Assembly (NCBI GenBank): GCA_041665005.1 | Contig: JBAYJR010000002.1 | Location: forward strand, 25,120-89,119 | Length of the DNA: 64,000 bases | Origin: Candidatus Buchananbacteria bacterium | GTDB taxonomy: Bacteria > Patescibacteriota > Patescibacteriia > 2-01-FULL-39-33 > JBAYJR01 | Direction of reading: 5' to 3' | In this document: positions 39,155-49,441 of the stretch, piece after piece | Position numbering within the stretch: position 1 is the first letter of the stretch | Layout of the letters: each line of letters opens with the position of its first letter | Notes under the pieces: generated by a model | What the model was told of the DNA's origin: nothing | Database searches by the model: none | Seen by the model: the letters and a program-made list of their open reading frames with translations, nothing else | Made by a program: the position numbers and the translations under genes

Positions 39155-39667
39155 ATGAAAAAACAGGAAATTAAAAAACCGGCAAAATATCCGCAGTTTA
39201 TCCAATTGTTGCACTTTCAATCGGCGGTTAAATTGTTTATTCAATTTAAGTTAGTTGATAACTTTGATAGTTTAAAAGTTATCTCTCAGGAATTGTTAGA
39301 AATAATTAAACCGAAACCCGAGAGCGTCAGGCTGGTTGTTTCGCTAACCAGGTGCTCAATTAATCGTCCCCAAACATCGTTCTTCGGTTTTGCTATTTTA
39401 GCCGCGGGCAAAATTAATTCGTACGAGAAGGATATGATTAGCGAAGTGGCCAGCTATTTAGCTAAAGACAAAGAGCTGAAAATAACTCTTAAGAAGTTTT
39501 TGAAAGAGGACAGTTCCCAGGAAAGTTTGTCCAGGGCATTTAACCGCATTGCGAGTTTTATGATAACAATTAGAATCATGGAAATGTCGGTTGAGCAAGG
39601 AATTGCCACTTGTTCAATTGATCCAAAAAATGGCAGAATGATTTGCTTTAACCCCCAGGAAGTTTAA
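39155..39667 (+). CDS. orphan protein, paralog of the N-terminal half of 38130
   Basis: near-identical promoter region; alignable S.Q.LL, SL..C, LK.FLK.D and RIA segments. Confidence 0.7.
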   Translation: MKKQEIKKPAKYPQFIQLLHFQSAVKLFIQFKLVDNFDSLKVISQELLEIIKPKPESVRLVVSLTRCSINRPQTSFFGFAILAAGKINSYEKDMISEVASYLAKDKELKITLKKFLKEDSSQESLSRAFNRIASFMITIRIMEMSVEQGIATCSIDPKNGRMICFNPQEV

Positions 39668-39792
39668 CTGGGGTTTTTATTTTTGTATTAATTTGATTTG
39701 CTCTTGACATTTATTGTATTTCTGTTATAATGTATTTGCTTAAGAAAGACACAAAAGCGGCCAAAGTGCGCTTTTTTATTTATTTTACTTAA

Positions 39793-41613
39793 ATGAGCTT
39801 AAATAACATTAGAAACATTGCGATCATTGCTCACGTTGACCACGGCAAGACTACGCTGGTGGATGCTTTGTTGCGTCAATCTAAAACCTACTTATCCAAA
39901 GAATTACAAGGCTCTGATTTGATTATGGATAGTAATGATTTGGAGCGCGAGCGCGGTATTACTATTTTTTCTAAAAATGCTTCGGTGGTTTATGATGGCA
40001 TTAAAATTAATATTATTGATACTCCCGGGCACGCCGATTTTGGTGGGGAAGTAGAACGGGTCTTGAATATGGCCGACGGCTGTTTGTTATTAGTGGATGC
40101 CAAAGAAGGGCCCATGCCTCAGACTCGGTTTGTTTTAAAAAAGGCTTTGCAGCAAAAATTAAGAATTATTGTGGTGATTAATAAAATTGATAAACCGGAC
40201 GCTAGATCACACTACGCCTTGGACAAAACTTTTGAATTGTTTATGGAATTAGGGGCGGATGATAAAACTTTAGATTTTCCGGTTTTATATGCGGCCGCCA
40301 AACAAGGTAAGGCGGGTTTGCAAGAAAAATTAGCGGACATGACAGATGTGACGCCAATTTTTGATACGATTATTAAAGAAGTACCGCCACCTAGTGGTGA
40401 TGATGATTTGCCGTTGCAAATAATGATTAATACGGTCGCGGGTGATAATTTTAAGGGTCGGATTGCCATTGGTCGCATTTACAATGGTCAAATTAAAGCC
40501 GGTCAGGAAGTAATGCATATTAATCGTTCGGGTCAGATGAATAAATTTAGAATTATTTCGTTAATGACTTTTACGGGTTTAGCTCGGCAAGAAACTCCTT
40601 TTGCTAAAGCGGGCGACATTGTGGCAATTGCCGGTATTCCGGAAGTAACCGTCGGTGAAACTTTGGCTGATGTGCAAAATCCGATTGCTTTACCATTATT
40701 ACATATTGATGAGCCAACCGTTAAAATGAATTTTTTAGTTAATGATTCGCCGTTTACCGGTCGCGAAGGTCAATATTCTACTTCCCGCCAAATTCGCGAA
40801 CGTTTATTTAAAGAATTAGAAACCGACGTGGCTTTGCAGGTAGTGGATAATCCAGCCGGTGGCTGGGAAGTGGCCGGTCGGGGTGAATTACATTTGGCAA
40901 TTTTGATTGAAAGATTGCGTCGTGAAGGTTTTGAATTTCAAGTTTCGCGGCCACAGGTGATTGAAAAAGAAGTTAATGGTAAGAAGATTGTGCCATTTGA
41001 AAGTGTCTTTATTGAAGTGACCGACGATTTTGCGGGAATTGTTATTCAAAAATTAAGTGGCCGGCGCGGAGAATTAAGAAACATGCACAGCGACGGTAAT
41101 ATTACTCACTTAGAGTTTAACATTCCCACGCGTGGATTGTTTGGTTATCGCTCAGAGTTTTTAACCGACACTCGTGGTTTGGGTATTATGAATTTTATCT
41201 TTTTGGATTATTTGCCCGACCCTGGTAATTGGAAGGATCGTGAACAAGGTTCGTTAGTCGTATTTGAAGACGGCATTTCTAACAACTATGGTTTAGTAAA
41301 TATTCAGGATCGTGGCACTTTATTTATTGGTTCGGCGGTTTCGGTTTATAAGGGCCAAGTGATTGGTCAAAATTCTCGGGCCGAAGATATTTGGGTTAAT
41401 GTTTGTAAGGCCAAACAATTATCCAACATGCGTTCTAAGGGTGATGGTGTTTCCGAAGCCTTAAACACCCCGCACGTTATGGACTTAGAAGATGCTTTAG
41501 AATATATTAATGATGAAGAATTGGTTGAGGTAACTCCACAAAATATTCGGATTCGCAAGAAGGTTTTGGATTTAAACAAAGCTAAACGGGAATCTAAAGG
41601 GATTAAGGAATAA
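39793..41613 (+). CDS. typA: translational GTPase TypA/BipA
   Basis: [40 protein letters not shown]. Confidence 0.97.
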   Translation: MSLNNIRNIAIIAHVDHGKTTLVDALLRQSKTYLSKELQGSDLIMDSNDLERERGITIFSKNASVVYDGIKINIIDTPGHADFGGEVERVLNMADGCLLLVDAKEGPMPQTRFVLKKALQQKLRIIVVINKIDKPDARSHYALDKTFELFMELGADDKTLDFPVLYAAAKQGKAGLQEKLADMTDVTPIFDTIIKEVPPPSGDDDLPLQIMINTVAGDNFKGRIAIGRIYNGQIKAGQEVMHINRSGQMNKFRIISLMTFTGLARQETPFAKAGDIVAIAGIPEVTVGETLADVQNPIALPLLHIDEPTVKMNFLVNDSPFTGREGQYSTSRQIRERLFKELETDVALQVVDNPAGGWEVAGRGELHLAILIERLRREGFEFQVSRPQVIEKEVNGKKIVPFESVFIEVTDDFAGIVIQKLSGRRGELRNMHSDGNITHLEFNIPTRGLFGYRSEFLTDTRGLGIMNFIFLDYLPDPGNWKDREQGSLVVFEDGISNNYGLVNIQDRGTLFIGSAVSVYKGQVIGQNSRAEDIWVNVCKAKQLSNMRSKGDGVSEALNTPHVMDLEDALEYINDEELVEVTPQNIRIRKKVLDLNKAKRESKGIKE

Positions 41614-41672
41614 ATTTTTAAGCTTAAATAAAAAAACGCCACCAGTTTAGCTGGGGGTGTTTTTTTGGTTTT

Positions 41673-41771
41673 TTATTGGCCCAGCAAAGGATAAATAGTC
41701 CACAAAACCATCATAATCGCCACGAAGGCTGAAACGATGATCCAAAGAATGCGATTGGTTTTTCTATTCAT
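41673..41771 (-). CDS. putative 32-aa single-TM peptide (MNRKTNRILWIIVSAFVAIMMVLWTIYPLLGQ)
   Basis: basic N-terminus plus hydrophobic helix; ends at the typA hairpin. Confidence 0.55.
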   Translation of the reverse strand: MNRKTNRILWIIVSAFVAIMMVLWTIYPLLGQ

Positions 41772-41815
41772 AGTAATTATATTTTAGCATAACTAGCTTA
41801 TTTTAAAAACCGCCC

Positions 41816-42022
41816 TTAGCTTAAAATAATCTCAGGGCGGTCAGCGATAAAACGGATAATTTTTTTGACAACCACCGGCTGGCCATTGGTTAGTTGGGTT
41901 ATATCAACTCGGTGGCCATAATTTAGTGGTTCCTGACAAGTTTGGCAAATGTCGGCTTCAAAGTCGTTGGCATGCCCATGGTCGCAGTATTTTATGGGTA
42001 TTTGGTGTAGATATTCTTCCAT
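41816..42022 (-). CDS. small zinc-ribbon-like protein (SD-cassette class)
   Basis: C-x3-H...C-x2-C; AAAGGAGG; TTGACA-N17-TAAAAT. Confidence 0.65.
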   Translation of the reverse strand: MEEYLHQIPIKYCDHGHANDFEADICQTCQEPLNYGHRVDITQLTNGQPVVVKKIIRFIADRPEIILS

Positions 42023-42105
42023 TAGCTAATTCCTCCTTTGGCCGTATTTTAGGCGTTATTTTAATTTTTGTCAAAAAGCTTTTGATGTGATAAAATTACT
42101 GCCGT

Positions 42106-43833
42106 ATGACCCAAAAAATTTGGCAAATTAAGCCCAAGGTTCCAGCTGACGTGGTTGAGAAATTTCCCGAAATTCAACCTTTGGTTTTACAGTTATTATA
42201 TAATCGTGGCTTAGTCACCACGGAACAAATTGAAGAATTTTTAAATCCCGATTATACGGAGGATTTACATGATCCTTTTTTATTTGCCGACGCCCTAAAA
42301 GCAGTCAAACGTATTTTAGCGGCTAAAACTAAAAAGGAAAAAGTAGTAGTTTATGGTGATTATGACGCGGACGGTGTTTCGGCCAGTGCGGTAATTATTA
42401 GTTTGTTGGATCAATTAGGTATTAGTAATGATGTTTATATTCCTTATCGCGATATTGAAGGCTATGGTTTAAATGAGGAAGCGGTCAGAGGAATTGCCAC
42501 GGCTGGCGCTAAATTGGTTATTACCGTTGATTGTGGTATTACCAATAATAATGAAGTGGATATTTTACAAGCGCAGGGGGTAGATGTAATTATTACAGAT
42601 CATCATCAACCTCCGCCAAATTTGCCGCGGGCTTTGGCCATTTTAAATCCTAATGTTAAAACCGAAAAATATCCTTATCAGGGTTTGTCCGGCGCTGGAG
42701 TGGCTTTTAAATTAGTCCAAGCGGTTTTAAAATATTTAAAAGAACAAAATGATAGTTTACTACCACCCAAAGGTTGGGAAAAATGGTTGTTAGATTTAGT
42801 AGCCATTGCTACGATTAGCGATATGTGTCCTTTGGTTGGAGAAAATCGCACCTTGGTGCGTTGGGGCACAATTGTTCTGCAAAAAAGTAAACGGCTTGGT
42901 TTGCAGGAATTGGTTAAATTAATGGGCAATGATTTAAAAAAATTAGAGGTTTGGTCGGTGGCTTGGCAAATTGGTCCGCGGCTTAACGCGGCTGGACGGT
43001 TAAACCACGCTAGCACGGCTTACCGTTTGTTGATTACTAAAGATTTAGCCGAAGCAAAAAAATTAGCTTTAGAATTAGAAGAAACTAATCGCGAACGGCA
43101 AAAGTTAACTGATAAAATGGCGGAAGAGGCCAAGGCGATGCTTGGCGAGGTGGATGACAGTCGGCGGATTTTGTTGTTGGTTAAAGATGATTGGCCGTTG
43201 GGTTTGGTAGGTTTAATTGCTGGGCGGTTGTCAGATCAATATAATCGGCCCAGTTTAGTGGCCTGTAAAAATCACGAAGGAAATTATGTTGGTTCGGGTC
43301 GCAGTATTACCGGTTTTAATTTAATTCAAGCCATTCAAGAATGCAGTGAATTATTATTGCACGCCGGAGGCCACAGTCAGGCGGCGGGTTTTACGGTAGC
43401 GGATAAATTTAAGTTGGAAGAATTTTTTGCAAAATTGGACAGCTTAACTCAAAAACAAATTAAACCCGAACAGATGCGGGCGGTAATTGAAGTGGAAATG
43501 GAAGTAGGTTTGGATAAAATTGATTGGGCTTTGTGGGAAGAAATTTCTAGTTTTGCGCCGTTTGGTTACGCCAATCCTCAGCCAGTTTTATTAGCTAGAG
43601 GTTTAAAAATAGAAAGTTTTCAGACTATCGGTAAAGATAACAAACATTTACGATTGTTGGTTAGCCACGGTAGTCAAAAAATCCATAAAACCATTGGTTT
43701 TAGTTTAGCCAAGCAAGCGGCAGGTTTTAAAGTCGGGGATAAAGTTGATTTGGTTTTTGAGTTGGGGGTTAATGAATGGAATGGCAATCGGGAGTTGCAA
43801 TTAAAAATTGTAGATTTTTTGGCTAGTAGCTAA
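42106..43833 (+). CDS. recJ: single-stranded DNA exonuclease RecJ
   Basis: GDYDADG, TVDCG, TDHH, PRLNAAGR, GSGRS, GGH..AAG. Confidence 0.97.
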   Translation: MTQKIWQIKPKVPADVVEKFPEIQPLVLQLLYNRGLVTTEQIEEFLNPDYTEDLHDPFLFADALKAVKRILAAKTKKEKVVVYGDYDADGVSASAVIISLLDQLGISNDVYIPYRDIEGYGLNEEAVRGIATAGAKLVITVDCGITNNNEVDILQAQGVDVIITDHHQPPPNLPRALAILNPNVKTEKYPYQGLSGAGVAFKLVQAVLKYLKEQNDSLLPPKGWEKWLLDLVAIATISDMCPLVGENRTLVRWGTIVLQKSKRLGLQELVKLMGNDLKKLEVWSVAWQIGPRLNAAGRLNHASTAYRLLITKDLAEAKKLALELEETNRERQKLTDKMAEEAKAMLGEVDDSRRILLLVKDDWPLGLVGLIAGRLSDQYNRPSLVACKNHEGNYVGSGRSITGFNLIQAIQECSELLLHAGGHSQAAGFTVADKFKLEEFFAKLDSLTQKQIKPEQMRAVIEVEMEVGLDKIDWALWEEISSFAPFGYANPQPVLLARGLKIESFQTIGKDNKHLRLLVSHGSQKIHKTIGFSLAKQAAGFKVGDKVDLVFELGVNEWNGNRELQLKIVDFLASS

Positions 43834-43849
43834 AAAGTAAGTTTAATTT

Positions 43850-44917
43850 ATGCCAAACATAGAAAATGATTGTTTAAAACTTGCTCAAATACTTTTGGAA
43901 CTAAAAAACCTTAAGTCAGAATTTACTGTGGCCTATCAAGAGGCCTTGGTTAGTCATGATTTGACTAGACCTAGAGAGTTAAAAAAACAGCTTAAGATTA
44001 AATTAGTAGAAATTAATAGCGAGGTTGCAAAATTAGAAGAAAAGACGGATCCTTATAATATAGGCTTAAGAAGGCGCTTGGCCAAAGAGAATGGTTTTAC
44101 ATATGTTAGTAATTTTTACAATGGTTCGGCGAGAGTTGCCAAAGGTCACAAGCGGTTTTGTATTGATCGTGCTGGTAAAGAGGTGGACCCGGAGAATACA
44201 AGCGGTAATGCGCATGATTATTTTGAGGATATCGCGGTAGTTAAAAAAGATGAAAAATATTTTTATGTTAATTCTTCTGGTCAGAAAATCAATGCTGAAA
44301 AATATCAGACGGCTTGTAATTTTTCCGAAGGTCTAGCTGCGGTTGTTAAAGACGAAAAACATTTTTTTATTAATCGAGCCGGCCGTAAAATTAGCTCAAA
44401 AATGTATGATTCTGCCCTTAGTTTTTCCGAAGGCTTGGCCGCTGTCGAAGAAGACAAAAAATGGTTTTATATTGATTATACTGGTAAAGATTTATTTTCT
44501 GAAAGATACGATGACGCCGGAATTTTTCATGAAGGCTTGGCCTGTGTTAAAAAAAATAATAAATATTTTTTTATAAATAAAGCTGGTCTATTGGCTATTC
44601 CAGAAAGATACGATAAGGCCTATAGTTTTTCGGCAGGAATCGCCTTAGTTAAAAAAGATGATAAGTGGTTTTATATTGATTGTGCTGGGCAGGAGATTGA
44701 TTCAAGGGGATATAAACCTGTAGAAAATTTTTGTCGGGGTTTTGCTTGGGTTAGCCAAAACGGAAAATATCTTGTTGTTAATACTGCTTTTGAGCAGATT
44801 AGTCCAACTAAATATGATTCTTTTAGAATTATAGAACAGGGGTTAGGCTGGGTTAAAAAAGATGGAAAATCTTTTTATGTTGATTATCGCGGTCAAAAAA
44901 TGTTTGACGCTGAGTAA
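43850..44917 (+). CDS. WG-repeat protein 1 with N-terminal helical module
   Basis: repeated FSEGLA.V......FI...G units. Confidence 0.88.
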   Translation: MPNIENDCLKLAQILLELKNLKSEFTVAYQEALVSHDLTRPRELKKQLKIKLVEINSEVAKLEEKTDPYNIGLRRRLAKENGFTYVSNFYNGSARVAKGHKRFCIDRAGKEVDPENTSGNAHDYFEDIAVVKKDEKYFYVNSSGQKINAEKYQTACNFSEGLAAVVKDEKHFFINRAGRKISSKMYDSALSFSEGLAAVEEDKKWFYIDYTGKDLFSERYDDAGIFHEGLACVKKNNKYFFINKAGLLAIPERYDKAYSFSAGIALVKKDDKWFYIDCAGQEIDSRGYKPVENFCRGFAWVSQNGKYLVVNTAFEQISPTKYDSFRIIEQGLGWVKKDGKSFYVDYRGQKMFDAE

Positions 44918-44926
44918 TTTTTATCT

Positions 44927-46000
44927 ATGCCAAATATAAAAACCAACTGCCAAGAACTTACTAACTTACTTTTGGCATTAAAAAACCTTAAGCCTGAGTT
45001 TGATTTGGCCTATCAAGAAGCCCTAGTTAGTCGTGACCTAACTAAGCTTAGAGAGTCCAAGAAGCAAATTGAAGGCAAAATAAAAGAACTAGAGGCCAAA
45101 CTTGACCCTTATAACATTGAACTACGAAAAAAACTAGCTGAAGAAAGCGGGTTTGACTTTGTTAATAATTTTCATGATGGTTGGGCTAAAGTTAGAAAGG
45201 ATGGAGAATATTTTTATGTTAATCAAGTCGGTAAAGCAATTAATTCCGAAAAATATGATGGTGCTGATGATTTTTCGGAAGGCCTAGCCTGGGTACATAT
45301 AAAGCACGAATATTTTTATATAGACCGTACCGGCGAAAGAACTAACTCGGAAACATATAGTAATGCTGGAACTTTTCATGAGGGCCTAGCTTGGATTGGA
45401 AAAAACGGAAAATACTTTTACATCAACCCAAAGGGTAAAATAGCGATTTCAGAAAAATATGACGACGCTGAAGATTTTTCTGAAGGTCTGGCCTCGGTTG
45501 CAAAAAATTTGCCAAAAAAGCTTGCCCATAGGCCTACCTATACCTATGTGTACATTAACCGCACTGGTAAAAGAATTAACTCGGAAACATATGATGCTGC
45601 TGGAATTTTTCATGAAGGCCTAGCCTGGGTTGAAAAAGACAGAGAATTTTTTTGTATCGACCACGCCGGTAAAACAATTATTTCGGAAAAATACGACGAA
45701 GTCGGGGATTTTTTTGACGGTTTGGCTCGAGTTAAAAAAGATGGAGAACACTTTTATATAGACCGTACCGGTAAAATCGTTATCTCAGCAAAATATGATG
45801 AAGCTGGAGATTTTTCGGAAGGCCTGGCTTTAGTTAAAAAAGATGGAGAATACTTTTATATAGACCGTGCCGGTAAAATGGCTATTTCGGAAAAATACGA
45901 CGACGCCGGAGATTTTTTTGAAGGCTTAGCTTTGGTTCAAAAAAACAACGAATACTACTACATTGATCATGCTGGTCGCAAAATATTTGACACGGAATAA
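44927..46000 (+). CDS. WG-repeat protein 2 with N-terminal helical module
   Basis: repeated F(S/H/F)EGLA.V.KDG..FYID..GK units. Confidence 0.88.
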   Translation: MPNIKTNCQELTNLLLALKNLKPEFDLAYQEALVSRDLTKLRESKKQIEGKIKELEAKLDPYNIELRKKLAEESGFDFVNNFHDGWAKVRKDGEYFYVNQVGKAINSEKYDGADDFSEGLAWVHIKHEYFYIDRTGERTNSETYSNAGTFHEGLAWIGKNGKYFYINPKGKIAISEKYDDAEDFSEGLASVAKNLPKKLAHRPTYTYVYINRTGKRINSETYDAAGIFHEGLAWVEKDREFFCIDHAGKTIISEKYDEVGDFFDGLARVKKDGEHFYIDRTGKIVISAKYDEAGDFSEGLALVKKDGEYFYIDRAGKMAISEKYDDAGDFFEGLALVQKNNEYYYIDHAGRKIFDTE

Positions 46001-46009
46001 TTTTTATTT

Positions 46010-47317
46010 ATGCTAAACACTGAACACAATTGCCAAGAACTTACCAATTTACTTCAGGAACTAAAAAACCTTAAGCCTGAGTTTGATTTGGCCTATCAAG
46101 AAGCCTTAATCAGCCGTGACCTGACTAAACTTAGAGAATTAAAGGTGGTGCTTAAAGATAAGGTAGAGAAGTTAGAGATGAAGATCGACCCTCACGATAT
46201 TGAATTGCGGAAAAAAATTGCTGAAAAAAATTTTTTTGATTTTGTTGATATTTTTTCCGAAGGCTTGGCCCTAGCAAGAAAGTCTAGAGTATATTCTGAT
46301 AGAGGATATTCTTATACTAACCGGGCTGGAAAAGTAATTAGTTCAGAGGTTTATAATGACGCTAGACGGTTTTCCGAAGGTTTGGCTGGGGTTACTACTA
46401 GTAATTATAGTAAAGGATGGTTTTTTATTGATCGTGCTGGTCAGGTAATTAATTCTGAAAAATATGATAATGTTCGTGATTTTTCCGAAGGCTTGGCTTG
46501 TGTTTGGAGAGGAAGTAAATGGTTTTATATTGACCAAAATGGCAATGATGTATTTAAAAAAAGATTTGATGCTGCTAATAGTTTTAGTAATGGATTGGCT
46601 TGTGTGGCTATAGATCATGATCATTTTTATATTGATCATACCGGTAAAAATGCTTTTTTAGAAAAGTATGACTTTGTGGATAATTTTCACGAAGATTTAG
46701 CTAGAGTGGGTAATTTTTCTGAGGGTGCTAATAATATGGACTATTTTTTTATTAATCGGGCTGGTCAAGCGATAAATCAAGAAAAGTATATAGAGGCTAA
46801 TAATTTTTTTGAAGGCCTGGCTGCGGTAAAAAAATATTATTCAGGTGGTTATAAGTATTCTTTCATTGATTCTACGGGAGTAGAAGTTATTCCGGCAAAG
46901 TATGACTATGCTACTAGATTTTTTGAAGGTTTGGCCCGAGTCAAAAGAAATGGCAAATTCTATTTTATTGATCACGCTGGCAAAGAGATAAATAGTGAAG
47001 GATATGACGGAGCCAGTGATTTTCATGAAGGCTTAGCTGCGGTTAAAACCAATAAAAAGGAAGAATGGTTCTACATTAACCAGATTGGCCAAAAAATTAG
47101 TCCGACTAGGTATTATTATGCCGGAAATTTTTCTGAAGGCGTAGCTTTGGTCAGAAAGGATAATAAAAACTTTTTGATTAATAAATTTGGTGAAGAAATT
47201 GGTTCGGATAAATATGATGGCGCCGAAAGTTATGGCGAGGGTTTGTATTTGGTAAGAAAAGGCTACGAGAACAAATTTTATATTGATCAGCGCGGTCGTA
47301 AAATATTTGACGCTTAA
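46010..47317 (+). CDS. WG-repeat protein 3 with N-terminal helical module
   Basis: same repeat type; more repeat copies. Confidence 0.88.
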   Translation: MLNTEHNCQELTNLLQELKNLKPEFDLAYQEALISRDLTKLRELKVVLKDKVEKLEMKIDPHDIELRKKIAEKNFFDFVDIFSEGLALARKSRVYSDRGYSYTNRAGKVISSEVYNDARRFSEGLAGVTTSNYSKGWFFIDRAGQVINSEKYDNVRDFSEGLACVWRGSKWFYIDQNGNDVFKKRFDAANSFSNGLACVAIDHDHFYIDHTGKNAFLEKYDFVDNFHEDLARVGNFSEGANNMDYFFINRAGQAINQEKYIEANNFFEGLAAVKKYYSGGYKYSFIDSTGVEVIPAKYDYATRFFEGLARVKRNGKFYFIDHAGKEINSEGYDGASDFHEGLAAVKTNKKEEWFYINQIGQKISPTRYYYAGNFSEGVALVRKDNKNFLINKFGEEIGSDKYDGAESYGEGLYLVRKGYENKFYIDQRGRKIFDA

Positions 47318-47329
47318 TAATTTTTATAT

Positions 47330-48400
47330 ATGCGAAACACTGAGCATAATTGCCAAGAACTTACTAATTTACTTCAGGAACTAAAAAACTTAAAGTCCGA
47401 ATTTGATGTGATTCATCAAGAGGCCTTGGTTAGCCGTGATTTGACTAAAATTAGAGAGCTTAAAAAACAAATTGAAAGTAAGGTGGTAGAATTGGAACCA
47501 AAAATAGATCCATATAATATAGAACTAAGAAAAGAAATAGCCAAGGAAAACGGTTTTGAATTTGTCGGTAATTTTCATGATGGCTGGGCGAGGGTTCAAA
47601 AGGATGGAGAATGGTTTTTTATTAGCCAAACCGGTAAAAAACTTAGCTGGGAAAAATATAAAGCTGTCTCTGATTTTCATGATGGTTTGGCTCGGATTAT
47701 TATAGATAACAAATATTTTTATCTTAATCAAATTGAAGAGGTGATAAATCAAAAAGGATATAGTGAGGCTAGTGATTTTTCGGAAGGTTTGGCTTGTGTT
47801 AAATATGGTTCATCTTATTATTTTATTGATCGTGAGGATAAAAGGGTTTTTGGAGAATATGTAGAGGCTAAGGGTTTTTCCGAAGGCTTGGCTTGGGTAA
47901 AAAATCAGCAGAAAAAATGGTATATTATTGATCGGACTGGTCAGGAAGTCGGCTCAGAAAAATATGATGGTGCTTTAAGTTTTTCTGAAGGAGTGGCCTG
48001 GGCCAATAAAGATGGACTTTGGTTTATTGTTGATCGTGATGGTAAAAAAATCAGTAACAAATGCTATGAGAGGGTTGAGAGTTTTCATGAAGGTTTGGCT
48101 CCAGTTACTTCTAGTTATGGTAAGGGTTGGTTTTTTATTGATCATTCTGAAAAAGAAGTAAGCCTAGCAAGATATGGTATGGCTGGTTATTTTTCGGAAG
48201 GCTTGGCTGCTGTTAAGCATGGTAGTAGTTATTTATATATTGATCATGCCGGCCAAGATGTATTTTTTGAAAGATACGACGTAAAGGCTGATTACTTTTA
48301 TGATGGTTTGGCTGAAGTTATAAAAGGCTCACTGAAATTTTATATTGATCATCGTGGTCAAGAAGTGTTTGGTAGCTGGCGCGTACAAGTTGATTGGTAA
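47330..48400 (+). CDS. WG-repeat protein 4 with N-terminal helical module
   Basis: same repeat type. Confidence 0.88.
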   Translation: MRNTEHNCQELTNLLQELKNLKSEFDVIHQEALVSRDLTKIRELKKQIESKVVELEPKIDPYNIELRKEIAKENGFEFVGNFHDGWARVQKDGEWFFISQTGKKLSWEKYKAVSDFHDGLARIIIDNKYFYLNQIEEVINQKGYSEASDFSEGLACVKYGSSYYFIDREDKRVFGEYVEAKGFSEGLAWVKNQQKKWYIIDRTGQEVGSEKYDGALSFSEGVAWANKDGLWFIVDRDGKKISNKCYERVESFHEGLAPVTSSYGKGWFFIDHSEKEVSLARYGMAGYFSEGLAAVKHGSSYLYIDHAGQDVFFERYDVKADYFYDGLAEVIKGSLKFYIDHRGQEVFGSWRVQVDW

Positions 48401-48433
48401 TTTAGTTTAAAATAAACTTAATAAAAAATAATT

Positions 48434-48832
48434 ATGTCTAAAGCCAGCATGTATACGGACGGAGGCGCCCGGGGCAACCCTGGACCAGCGGGGATTGGGG
48501 TGGTAATTGAATTAGGGGGAACAATTTTTCGCTATAAAGAATTTATTGGTGTTGGCACCAATAATCAAGCGGAATATCAGGCGGTGCTTTTGGGTTTAAC
48601 TAAGGCGCAAGAATTAGGAGTGAAAGAGCTAGAATGTTTTTTGGACAGCGAATTAGTGGTGGAACAATTAAATTTAAATTATAAAGTTAAAGATAAAAAT
48701 TTAGGAGTATTGTTCGTTAAAGCTTGGAACTTAATTCATGGTTTTAAAAAAGTTACTTTTAAACATATTCCCCGGGAAAAAAATAAAGAAGCAGACCGGT
48801 TGGTTAATGAAGCTTTAGACGAAAGCGCCTAA
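48434..48832 (+). CDS. rnhA: ribonuclease HI family protein
   Basis: YTDGGARGNPG, TNNQAEY, DSELV, NKEAD. Confidence 0.93.
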   Translation: MSKASMYTDGGARGNPGPAGIGVVIELGGTIFRYKEFIGVGTNNQAEYQAVLLGLTKAQELGVKELECFLDSELVVEQLNLNYKVKDKNLGVLFVKAWNLIHGFKKVTFKHIPREKNKEADRLVNEALDESA

Positions 48833-48860
48833 ATTTTAAGTTATTAGTATTTTAGCAATT

Positions 48861-48888
48861 AAAAAAATCTACTGAAGTAGATTTTTTT
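48861..48888. terminator. bidirectional terminator between rnhA and rnpB
   Basis: AAAAAAATCTAC-TGAA-GTAGATTTTTTT. Confidence 0.75.
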
Positions 48889-48889
48889 A

Positions 48890-49350
48890 TTATCCAAGTA
48901 AACCGATAAGCCGAATTCTGTCAGCCTAATTAAAGGCGGGTGATTATCTCTCTAGCCCCAACATTGCTGTTGGAGTCATGCTGCCTACCTTATTTGGCAT
49001 TGCACCGGGTAGGTGTTTTCCACGGCTGTCATCACTGACAGTCCCGCGTGGGCTCTTACTTTGGCCTAGCCGAAGCTTGGCTTATCCCGCGCATAGGCGG
49101 GCCCACGATTTCAACCTTACTTGTCCCACCATCGGTGGGATTTAGTCCACAAGGGACTCAAGCGGTATATTTTCTGTTGCACTTTCCCTGGGCTTGAAAT
49201 TTGCAGAAGTCTGCAGGACTTCTATAAACTTTGCTCCCGGTCGCTGTTAGCGATTACCTCTGAATTCCAATCCTAAGATTGAAAAACGGTGTTCGGACTT
49301 TCCTCAATGCGCTTTAACACGCACCGCAATCACCTGGTTTACTTGGATAA
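48890..49350 (-). ncRNA. rnpB: RNase P RNA (~460 nt, with insertions)
   Basis: GAGGAAAGTCCG, AGTGCAACAGAAAATATACCG, CAGAATTCGGCTTA; 15-bp terminal P1 helix; TTGACT-N17-TATGCT promoter. Confidence 0.95.
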
Positions 49351-49441
49351 ACTTAGCATAGCATAATTTACAAAAAAAGTCAAGATAATGGCTTGTTTTT
49401 TTCTAAAAAAAATGGTAAATTTGTAAGAGAATAAAACAACC

